Positions 35,092-44,394 of a stretch of 64,000 nucleotides of DNA are shown in pieces. The DNA is from Malacoraja senta (Eukaryota): NCBI GenBank assembly GCA_038087875.1, contig CM075988.1:186001-250000 (forward strand), in the 5' to 3' direction. Within the stretch, counting starts at the first letter, position 1; each line of letters opens with the position of its first letter. The position numbers were made by a program, and so were the translations under genes. The notes under the pieces were generated by a model. The model had not been told where the DNA came from. It worked only from the letters and a program-made list of their open reading frames with translations, and made no database searches.

Positions 35092-37034
35092 CCCCCACCT
35101 AAAGATACTGAATAAGTTTCGGAAGAAGAGAGAAAAAACACCACCAAATCCCAGAAACTATTCAGGAGCTAAACTCCACTGGCGCGACAAGGCGTCAGCC
35201 AAGACATTATCCTTGCCACGGATGTCTGACCTGGGGCACACAACCAAATCATCAAGGTATGCCTCACAGAAGGGCAAACCAGACAATACAATGTTCACCA
35301 ACCGTTGGAAGGTTTCCGGCGCATTGCGCATCCCAAATGCCATTACTGTACACTGCAGAAAGTTATCAGGCGTAACGAACGCAGAGATCTCCCTCTCCCT
35401 CGCCCGCATAGTCAAGGGAACTTGCCAATACCCTTTTAGCAAGTCCAACTTGGACACAAAAGATGCACTTCCCACACGATCCACGCAATTCGTGGGAGAG
35501 GATAGCAATCCGACTTAGTTAGTCCATTCACTTTCCGAAAGTCCATGCAAAACCTGTCCTCCCCATTAGCCTTCATAGCCAGCAGACACGGAGAACTCCA
35601 CGGACTACAACTAGGTTCAGCAATGCCATGCCGCAGCATATAGTCAACCTGACTCCCTAGACGATGACGCTTGTCAGGGTTGACCCGATACGGATGCTGT
35701 TTAATTGGCGCAGCACCGGCCACATCAATGTCATGCTGCAGCACAGACGTCTGAGAAGGCACATCCGAGAACAGTGACCCATTTGACTCCACTAAATCAA
35801 GCAGATCACCCCGCTGACTTTCAGACAAATGAGACAACCGCAAGGGAAGCGACCCCAAAGCCTCAGAGTTACACAGCCTTCCCTGGGTCACTGCCACAGA
35901 CAACCGTGCCTCACCCACATCACCACCCGTGCCAGGGGCAGCACTGCTGCAGCCAAAACAGGCTTAATATCAAGCAACTTCATTACCTGACCAAAAACCT
36001 TCGACATGAAGTTGGAAACTTGGTCACTCTGCACAACCTTGGGCAACCCGAACAACGAAAAAAACTTAGTGAGACTTCACAATGATAGGGGCAGTAATTC
36101 TACGCAAAGGGACCACCTCCGGAAAGCGGGTAGACGCCCACATAATAACCATATAACCATATAACCATAACAGCACGGAAACAGGCCATCTCGGCCCTTC
36201 AAGTCCGTGCCGAACATTTAAAAAAAAAAATTTGTTTTAATTAAAAATAAATACTTCCCCCTAGTCCCATCTACCTGCACTCAGACCATAACCCTCCACT
36301 CCTTTCCCGTCCATATACCCATCCAATCTATTTTTAAAGGACAACATCGAACCTGCCTCCACCACTTCCACTGGAAGCTCATTCCACACAGCTACCACTC
36401 TCTGAGTAAAGAAGTTCCCCCTAATGTTCCCCCTAAACTTCTGTCCCTTAATTCTCAAGTCATGTCCCCTTGTTTGAATTTTCCCTACTCTCAATGGGAA
36501 AAGCTTATCCACGTCCACTCTGTCTAACCCGCTCATAATTTTAAAGACCTCTATCAAGTCCCCTCTTAACCTTCTGCGCTCCAAAGAATAAAGACCTAAC
36601 TTGTTCAACCTTTCTCTGTAACTTAGTTGCTGATTGTCAATAAAATTGTCAATAAAAACTTGTTTCCCCTCTTTGTCCGAGGTAGAGGACCCACACAATC
36701 AACTAGAATGCGTGCAAACGGCTCGCCGACTACAAGGATTGGATATAAAGGCGCAGGAACAATCGATTTGTTCGGCTTTCCTGCCACCTGGCAAATTTGA
36801 CAACACCTGCACTTCTGATTTACATCCTTTTTCAACCCTGGCCAAAAAAAATTCCGTAAGATACGGTCATACGTCTTATTGACCCCTAAATGTCCACCCA
36901 GAGGACCATCATGAGCCAAACATCTCGTCCCTATACCGACGAGGTATCACAATCTGATCATGCCCAGATATATCTAAGGGAGACCACTTTCGCATCAGTA
37001 AGCCCTCCCTTAGAAAATACCCTTTTGCTGTGGA
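35092..37034 (-). mobile_element. Gmr1-like LTR retrotransposon internal remnant (integrase - RT - RNase H end), deleted and interrupted by CR1
   Basis: Minus-strand order: integrase HHCC and core (AHDGPLGGHLGVNKT..CQIC..VDCVGPLP; STRFPEVVPLRRITA), then RT (IKQHPYRVNP, SPWSSP, DFRKVN, LDLLKGYWQVP, FGMRNAPETFQR, YLDD), then RNase H C-terminus (IRGKDNVLADALSR), then PPT and LTR. Frameshifts and large deletions are present. Confidence 0.85.
36144..36632 (-). mobile_element. 5'-truncated CR1 LINE inserted in the Gmr1 integrase
   Basis: CR1 ORF2 C-terminus (LSYRERLNKLGLYSLERRRLRGDLIEVFK..TRGH..FFTQRVVAVWNELP) with an (ATGGTTAT)n 3' tail. The integrase reads KFLLTI | MWASTRFPE on either side. Confidence 0.9.
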
Positions 37035-37071
37035 ATCCGAAGTACCTATTCAAGTCTTCTGCCATTTTCTT
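37035..37071 (-). mobile_element. Short CR1 ORF2 stub, continuation of the CR1 at 42601-44393
   Basis: Encodes KMAEDLNRYFG, which follows GEIIMGNK (42601+) in CR1 ORF2. Compare GEFIMGNKEIADELNRYFGS in the CR1 at ~60610-60670. Confidence 0.75.
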
Positions 37072-37722
37072 AATAGTAATAGTAATTTTATTGTCAATTC
37101 ACATAATGTAACGAGTAGTTACACAGAGGATTGAAATTGCGTTTCTCCATACTCCAATGTGCAAGTAATATTTATAAAACAGACAGACAGTGTACCAATA
37201 AAAGTAGACAATGGACATATACATTATATAAAATAATATATTCATTAATAAAAGGTGCAATATAGCATACTGTGCAAGTAGCATACTGCAGACATGAAGT
37301 TAATTTGACAGTCAGTTGGTCTTTGTGTAATGTTCATGGAATTTTCTTGAGTGTGTTGAGTAGTCTGATGGCCTGAGGGAAAAAGCTGTTTTTGAATCTT
37401 GTGGTTTTGCTCCGCATGCTGCGGTAGCACTTGCCGGATGGTAGGAGGGTGAACAGTTTATGTGCTGGGTGGGTGGTGTCTTTGATGATGTTAGTTGCTC
37501 TCTTGCGACAGCGAGATGGATATGTCTTGAATTGCTGGTTGGGGTGGTCTAGTGATCTTCTCCGCTGTCCTCACCACTCTCTGTAGGGCCTTCTGGTCAG
37601 CAGCAGAGCAACTGCCATACCAGACTGAGAGACTGCTGGTAAGAATGCTCTCAATGGCACCCCTGTAAAAAGTTGTGAGGGCAGAAGGGGGGAGGTCGGC
37701 TCTCCTCATCCGTCGAAGGAAG
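37072..37722 (-). mobile_element. Rex1/Babar-type non-LTR retrotransposon, 3' part
   Basis: RRMRRADLPPSALTTFYRGAIESILTSSLSVWYGSCSAADQKALQRVVRTAEKIT, followed by a 3' UTR with AATAAA and an (ATTACT)n tail at ~37072-37092. Confidence 0.85.
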
Positions 37723-37733
37723 TGTAGATGAGA

Positions 37734-38506
37734 TCCCCGGTCAAGTTGTCCGTATGCAGACCGCTCCCGGTTACTCCAAGCTCGCTACTGTCGTCGGCTC
37801 TGCGGGGTCGCCCAGGTCCTATTTCGTCGACCATGCTGGGGCCATTTACCGACGGTCCCGCCAGCACCTTCGGCTCGTCAACGAGCCGCGTCCTCCTGCC
37901 GCGGATCCCTTTGCTCCCCCACTGCCTGTTTCGCGTCAGGGCGTTGCTCTGCCCGTCCGTCCTGACATGCAACGTTCTGCTCCTCCTCCGCCCCTTCCGT
38001 TCCAACCCACTCCGACTAGTCCTCGCTCGCCTGCCCGCGCTCTTCCCGGTCCCGACCTCGCATCCCCTCCGGGTTCGGTGCCGCGGTCTCTTCCGTCTCC
38101 TCCCGTTTCTCCCTTTCAGGTTCGTCTTTCCCCGCCGGTGCCTCTTCCTCCTGCAGGAAGGGTGGATGGCGAGACGCGAACCCGGGCGGGACGTCTTGTC
38201 AAACCGCCTGACCGCTATGGCGATTTTGTTTAACTATCCTAGCGCATGAGCCGTGGTCGCCATGTCACCATTGTATTTGCCTGTCGTTTCGAAGAGGAAA
38301 GATGTAGATGAGATATGCATGTGCCTTTAACATAGTGACCTCATACCTACTAACCACTCCCCATATCACAAGTATATCTACAACCTCCCCACCCACAGAT
38401 CGCTCTCTAGTTCCTGTGACAGACCACGTACAGCTAGTGCTATGTGTAATGCTCCAGTATGAATAAAGATAGTAAAGTAACGACGCCTAGTTATGAATCC
38501 TTTACA
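37734..38506 (+). repeat. 773-bp direct repeat of 41568-42340 (integrase C-terminus + 3' UTR + PPT + LTR)
   Basis: Offset 3834 bp. The only difference I found by eye is T37834 versus C41668 (CpG transition). Confidence 0.95.
38303..38506 (+). mobile_element. Gypsy LTR (204 bp), upstream copy
   Basis: TGTAGATGAG...CCTTTACA, with AATAAA at 38462-38467. Preceded by the PPT GAAGAGGAAAGA (38291-38302) and followed by the PBS. Confidence 0.95.
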
Positions 38507-41500
38507 TGGTGTCAGAAGTGGGATTCGAACCCACGCCTCCAGTGCTACAAGGGGAGGTACCCAGCAAAGGTGCCCTAATTGCAACTTCACAACTCATCAA
38601 TTCAATGTGTGCCCTGCTTTGGGAAAGACTTGCAATGTCTGCAATAAATTGAACCATTTTGCTGCGGCTTGTCGTTCCCGTGGGAAGCCTGTCGCTGCTC
38701 GAAAGGGAAATGTAAACAACCTTCTACAAGCTGACAACGAGCTCAGCTCCCAGTGCTATTCCGATGAACATTCTGTTTCTACATCTGACTCCTCTCAGGG
38801 GGAGACCAACTTGTTTACCGTGTTGGACGCACCTGCTATGATAACGGATCCTTCTGTGCAAGTCACTGTGAACAACTCGACCTTCACTGCTAAAATCGAC
38901 ACGGGGGCGGTGACCAACGTAATGTCAACATCCCTTTTCAACCAGATAAGAACTAATGAGCAGATATTTTCTCAGAGCTCAACCTTGCATGCCTACGGTG
39001 GGGAGATTCTTACTCCTGTGGGCAAGGCCACGCTACACTGTAAGATACTAGAGACCACTTGGCCCCTCACCTTCTATCTCCTCAATCGAAAATGCATTCC
39101 CCTGCTGGGGATCCAGGCATGCCAGGAAATGGGACTGGTGTACTTCCACCGGGACATCCACCAGGTGCAGACTCTTATGGACCCGCTGGCCGATTATCCC
39201 GACCGCTTTGATGATAAGCTAGGCAAACTACCCTGCAGCTACAAGATTGTAGTGGACCATAAGATCGTTCCTGTGGTCCATGCTCCTCACCGTGTCTCCT
39301 TCGCCATGAGGGACAGAGTGGAGGCGACCCTACACAGTATGGTACAAATGGGCGTCCTAAAGGCGGTAGTCAAGCCCACCAGCTGGGTCTCTTCCATGGT
39401 TGTTGCTGCTAAAAAGGACATGAGCGAGATACGCATCTGCATCAACCCCAAGGACCTCAACCTGGCCATTCGACGCCCTCACTACCCTATGAGAACGGTG
39501 GAAGACGTCGCTGCACAGGTTGGTCCAGCAACGGTTTTTTCTGTCCTCGATGCCAAAAGCTCCTTCTGGCAGATACCACTGGACGAGCGGTCGTCCATTT
39601 TGACAACTTTCGCCACCCCCTACGGAAGGTTTCGGTTCCTCCGAATGCCATTCGGGATCAACTCTGCCAGCGAGGTATTTCAGCGGACCATGGAGCAGTT
39701 GTTTTTAGATCTGCCTTGCGCCATAATTGTTGACGACATCCTCGTTTACGGTAAGGACGTTGCCGAACACGATGTCAACCTCCGCCTGGTCCTGGACCGG
39801 GCCCGGCAAATCAACTTGAAACTGAACCCCAAGAAGTGCCGATTCCGCGTCTCGGAGGTCACCTATGTTGGACATGTATTCACCGCTGAGGGGCTAAAGC
39901 CAGACCCGCAGAAAACGGCTGCCATCTCAGGGATGCCCCCTCCTACCAATGTGGCAGGCCTGCAACGCTTCCTCGGCTTGGTAAACTACCTGGGGAAGTT
40001 CATCCCCGACCTCAGCGAGCTCAGCGCTCCCCTGAGGGATCTGATCAAAAAGGACACGTCCTGGCTTTGGTTACCCAACCATCAGAAGGCATTTGACATT
40101 CTTAAGTCTAAGCTGATCAGCACCCCCACGCTCAAGTTCTTTGACCTGCAGCATCCCATTGTCCTCACCTGCGACGCCTCTCAGTTCGGACTCGGTGCCG
40201 CCTGCCTCCAGGTCCATGACGGCCTGCAGCTGCCTGTCTCCTTCGCGTCCCGCACCATGACCGCCACCGAACAGCACTACGCGCAGATTGAGAAGGAGCT
40301 ACTGGCCGTGGTGTTTGCCTGCTCCAAATTCCGGGACTACATCGTGGGCAACACTTTCACCGTTGAAACTGACCATCAGCCACTTGTCACCATCCTCAAC
40401 AAATCGATCCATGTGGCCTCATCACGCCTGCAGCGCATGATGCTGCAGCTCCAGCGCTTCACTTCACGGTGGTTTATCGTAAGGGCAAGGACATGTTCGT
40501 GGCCGACACGTTGTCTCGCGCCCCGCTGACGTCCACCGCTCGCCACCAATATGAAATGTCTGAGTTATTGGTGCTACGATTGAACATCGTCCCCTCGCAG
40601 CAGATGAAGTCCCTGGTTGAACACACTACCAATGACCCTGCCCTGCAACAGCTGTCTGCCGTCATCCGGCAGGGCTGGCCTGACCGTCGTTCGGCACTGC
40701 CGGCTGGTGCCGTGCCCTACTTCCTGATTCGGGACGAGCTCGTACTGCACGACGGCGTGGTGGTGAAGGGTCACAAAGTGGTCGTGCCCGCGGCGCTGCA
40801 CGACCAATATTTTCAAGTCGCACACCGCGGTCACCCTGGGGCCGAAGCCACCGTGTCTCTCGCCAGGAGCCAGTTCTATTGGCCGGATATGGCCAAATAC
40901 ATCCGGGAGAGGGTCTCCTCGTGTTCCACCTGCAACAGCCGCGCCCCCCATCAGCAGCGTCAGCCGCTTCTACAGCAGCCCGCGCCCGAACTGCCCTGGA
41001 TGGCGCTTGCCACTGACATTTTCGAGTGGCGGGGCAAACATTTCCTGGTGCTCGTTGACTCCTACTCCAGCTGGTTTGTGGTCGACCGGCTGCATTCCGT
41101 GACCTCTTCGGCCGTCATCGACAGGTTGTACCCTCATTTTGGCACTTTTGGCCCCCCGGCAAGCCTGCAGTCGGACAATGGCAGCCAGTTCACGAGCTCC
41201 GAGTTTAAAGCGTTCGCTTCCAGATGGAACTTCCGCCATTTCACCAGCAGCCCAGAGTACCCACAAAGCAACGGTTTGGCCGAGCGCGCAGTCCGCAGTG
41301 CTAAGCACCTGTTGGAACAGTGTGGTGGCATTAACTCCGACTTCCATCTGGCCCTCCTCAACCTTCGGAACATTTCCCGCGACTCTGCCATGGGTTCACC
41401 TGCTCAGCGGCTCATGTCTCGCGCTACCAGACTCCCGCTCCCTGTGGCCCAGCGCTCCCTCATACCCTCCATCCTCCCACCTGCGGCGGTTCAGAAACGC

Positions 41501-42067
41501 ATTGCCTTCAGGCACGACGTCCAAAAGCGTTCCCATGACAGGTCCTGCCACCCGCTGCCGCGCCTCTTCCCCGGTCAAGTTGTCCGTATGCAGACCGCTC
41601 CCGGTTACTCCAAGCTCGCTACTGTCGTCGGCTCTGCGGGGTCGCCCAGGTCCTATTTCGTCGACCACGCTGGGGCCATTTACCGACGGTCCCGCCAGCA
41701 CCTTCGGCTCGTCAACGAGCCGCGTCCTCCTGCCGCGGATCCCTTTGCTCCCCCACTGCCTGTTTCGCGTCAGGGCGTTGCTCTGCCCGTCCGTCCTGAC
41801 ATGCAACGTTCTGCTCCTCCTCCGCCCCTTCCGTTCCAACCCACTCCGACTAGTCCTCGCTCGCCTGCCCGCGCTCTTCCCGGTCCCGACCTCGCATCCC
41901 CTCCGGGTTCGGTGCCGCGGTCTCTTCCGTCTCCTCCCGTTTCTCCCTTTCAGGTTCGTCTTTCCCCGCCGGTGCCTCTTCCTCCTGCAGGAAGGGTGGA
42001 TGGCGAGACGCGAACCCGGGCGGGACGTCTTGTCAAACCGCCTGACCGCTATGGCGATTTTGTTTAA
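38493..42067 (+). pseudogene. Gypsy gag(C-terminal zinc knuckle)-pol polyprotein, broken by one frameshift near 40461
   Basis: Zinc knuckle region CPNC..H..CPALGKTCNVCNKLNHFAAAC, protease IDTGA, RT (VLDAKSSFWQIP, RMPFGI, IVDDILV), RNase H (CDASQFGLGA, YAQIEKELLA, TDHQPL), integrase (H..GHPG..CSTC, DIF, SDNGSQF, NGLAERAV). ORFs 38493-40529 and 40469-42067 join if one base is restored (QRF[N]FTVVYRKGK). Confidence 0.9.
38507..38542 (+). promoter_or_regulatory. tRNA-Leu primer-binding site extended to 35-36 nt
   Basis: TGGTGTCAGAAGTGGGATTCGAACCCACGCCTCCAG is the reverse complement of CTGGAGGCGTGGGTTCGAATCCCACTTCTGACA-CCA, the 3' part of vertebrate tRNA-Leu (CAG/CAA), including the T-loop and the CCA end. 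Confidence 0.9.
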
Positions 42068-42124
42068 CTATCCTAGCGCATGAGCCGTGGTCGCCATGTC
42101 ACCATTGTATTTGCCTGTCGTTTC

Positions 42125-42136
42125 GAAGAGGAAAGA
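42125..42136 (+). promoter_or_regulatory. Polypurine tract
   Basis: GAAGAGGAAAGA immediately before the 3' LTR. Confidence 0.9.
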
Positions 42137-42340
42137 TGTAGATGAGATATGCATGTGCCTTTAACATAGTGACCTCATACCTACTAACCACTCCCCATAT
42201 CACAAGTATATCTACAACCTCCCCACCCACAGATCGCTCTCTAGTTCCTGTGACAGACCACGTACAGCTAGTGCTATGTGTAATGCTCCAGTATGAATAA
42301 AGATAGTAAAGTAACGACGCCTAGTTATGAATCCTTTACA
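42137..42340 (+). mobile_element. Gypsy 3' LTR (204 bp)
   Basis: Identical by eye to 38303-38506. Ends CA followed by the TSD GGAAG. Confidence 0.95.
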
Positions 42341-42600
42341 GGAAGTGCTTTCTTGACTAGGGAGATGGTGTTGGTGGACCATGTCTGATCATCTGTGATG
42401 TGTACTCCCAGGAACTTGGTGCTTTTCACAGACTCCACTGCACTGCCATTTATGGTGAGTGGGGTGTGTGCTGCCTGTTTCTTCGTGAAGTCCACAGTTA
42501 TTTCTTTCGTTTTGTTGACATTGAGTTGAAGGTTATTGATGTCACACCAGTTGATGAGTTGTTGTACCTCCTCTCTGTAGGCTTCTTTAGATATTATCCA
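42341..42600 (-). mobile_element. Rex1/Babar-type element, upstream part (5'-truncated)
   Basis: EAYREEVQQLINWCDINNLQLNVNKTKEITVDF..INGSAVESVKSTKFLGVHITDDQTWSTNTISLVKKA, which continues into the 37072-37722 piece across the Gypsy insertion. Confidence 0.85.
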
Positions 42601-44393
42601 CTTGTTGCCCATAATAATTTCACCCGTGTCTGCCTTCAAGGGACCCACATTTGACTTTGCTACTCTTTTTCCCTTAACATATCTAAAGAAGCTTTTACTG
42701 TCCTTCTTTATATGCCTGGCCAGCTTCCCCCCGTACTTCATCTTTTCAGCCCGTATTGCCCGTTTTGTTTCCTTCTGTTGCCTATGAAAGTTTCCCAATC
42801 TTCTGGCTTCCGGCTACTCTTTGCTGTGTAATACAACTTTTCTTTTAGTTTTATTCTATCCCTAACTTCTTTTGTTAGCCACGGTTGCCTCCTACTCCCC
42901 TTAGAATCTTTCTTCCTTTTTGGAATGAAATGATCCTGCGTCTCCCGGATTATGCCCAGAAATTCCTGCCATTGCTCTTCCACCGTCATTCCTGCTAGTA
43001 TCCCTTCCAGTCTATTTGGCCAGCTCCCCTCTCATGCCTTCATAGTCCCCTTTGTTCAACTGCATCACTGCCACTTCCGATTTAACGTTCTCCTTCTCAA
43101 ATTGCAGGTTAAAACTAATCATATTATGATCACTACCTCCAAGCGGTTCCTTTACCTCGAGGTCTCTTATTATATCTGGTTCATTGGACAACACTAAATC
43201 CAGAATTGCCTTTTCTCTGGTCGGCTCCATGCTCTAAGAATCCATCGCGGAGTCATTCTACAAACTCTCTTTCTTGGGGTCCTGAACCAACCTGATTTTC
43301 CCAGTCTACCTGCATATTGAAATACCCCATCACCACAGTGGCATTACCTTTGTTACATGCCAGTTTTACCTCCTGCTGCAACTTACACCCTACATCCGGG
43401 CCACTATTTGGGGGTCTGTAAATAACACCAATTAGTGTCTTCTTGCCTTTACAATTCCTCAACTCAATCCACAGTGACTCTACCTCGTCAGTCCCTATGT
43501 CTTCCCTCGCAAGGGACTGAATTCCATCCCTCACCAGCAGAGCTACTCCCCTCCTCTGCCCACCTGCCTGTCCTTTCTATAGGATGTAGAACCCTGAATA
43601 TTAAGTTCCCAGGCCCGATCCTCCTGCAGCCACGTCTCAGTAATCCCCACAATGTCATATCTACCAACCGGTAACTGAGCCTCAAGCTCATCTACTTTAC
43701 TTCTTATACTTCGCTCATTCATATACAACACGTTTAATTCCTTACGCATCTCACCTTTCTCATCGATCCCAATTACACTTGGCCATACTCTCCTATCCCT
43801 TTGTGAGCTTCCTTTCCCGTTAATTCTGGGGTCATTAACCCTCCCTTTACTCTCTTTCCCTTTAACTCCATCCTCGACTATCCCATTTGACACCCCACCC
43901 CCCTTATTCAGTTTAAAACTACCCGTGTAGCAGTGGCAAACCTGCCTGCCAGAATGCTGGTCCCTCACCTGTTAAGATGCAATCCGTCCCTTTTTTACAG
44001 TTCCCCCTTACTCTAAAACAGATGCCAGTGATCTAAGAATCTAAATCCCTGCCCCTTGCACCAGTTCCTCAGCCACACATTCAGGTCCCGTATCTCCCTG
44101 TTCCTGCTCTCGCCAGCACGAGGAACTGGAAGCAAACCGGAGATAACAACCCCGGAGGTCCTGCTTTTCAGCATTTTTCCGAGCTCTCTAAAGTCACGCT
44201 GCAGAATATTCATCCCCTTCTTTCCGACATCGTTTGTGCCGACATGCACTCCCACTTCCGGCTGTTCACCTTCGTCCTTGAGGATTTTCTGCACTCTGTC
44301 CGTGACCACCTGGATCCTGGCATCAGCAAGGCAGCACACCATCCTCGAATGCCGTCTGTTGCCGCAGAAACCCCTGTCCGTACCTCTCACAAT
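42601..44393 (-). mobile_element. CR1 LINE: ORF1 esterase (SGNH-like) region and ORF2 AP-endonuclease region, degenerate
   Basis: ORF1 RMVCCL..VHVGTND..SGLLPVPRA..NVWLRNWC..GFRFLDHW. ORF2 LYMNERSIRSK..DIVGITETWL, GVIYRPP, LDLVLSN..GGSDHN, KSFFRYVK. Multiple frameshifts. Confidence 0.9.
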
Positions 44394-44394
44394 G

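Larger units (their letters stand above)
37723..42340 (+). mobile_element. Young, structurally aberrant Ty3/Gypsy LTR retrotransposon (gag-deleted)
   Basis: TG...CA ends flanked by a 5-bp TSD GGAAG (37718-37722 and 42341-42345). Two identical 204-bp LTRs, PBS, PPT, and PR-RT-RH-IN domains. Interrupts the Rex1 element. Confidence 0.95.

Noticed and set aside
37706..38249. Pro/Arg-rich ORFs as independent genes
   Set aside because: They are the duplicated integrase C-terminus and its alternative frames.
38507..38542. tRNA-Leu gene on the minus strand
   Set aside because: Only the 3' ~36 nt are present, with encoded CCA and no D-arm or anticodon. It is a primer-derived copy.
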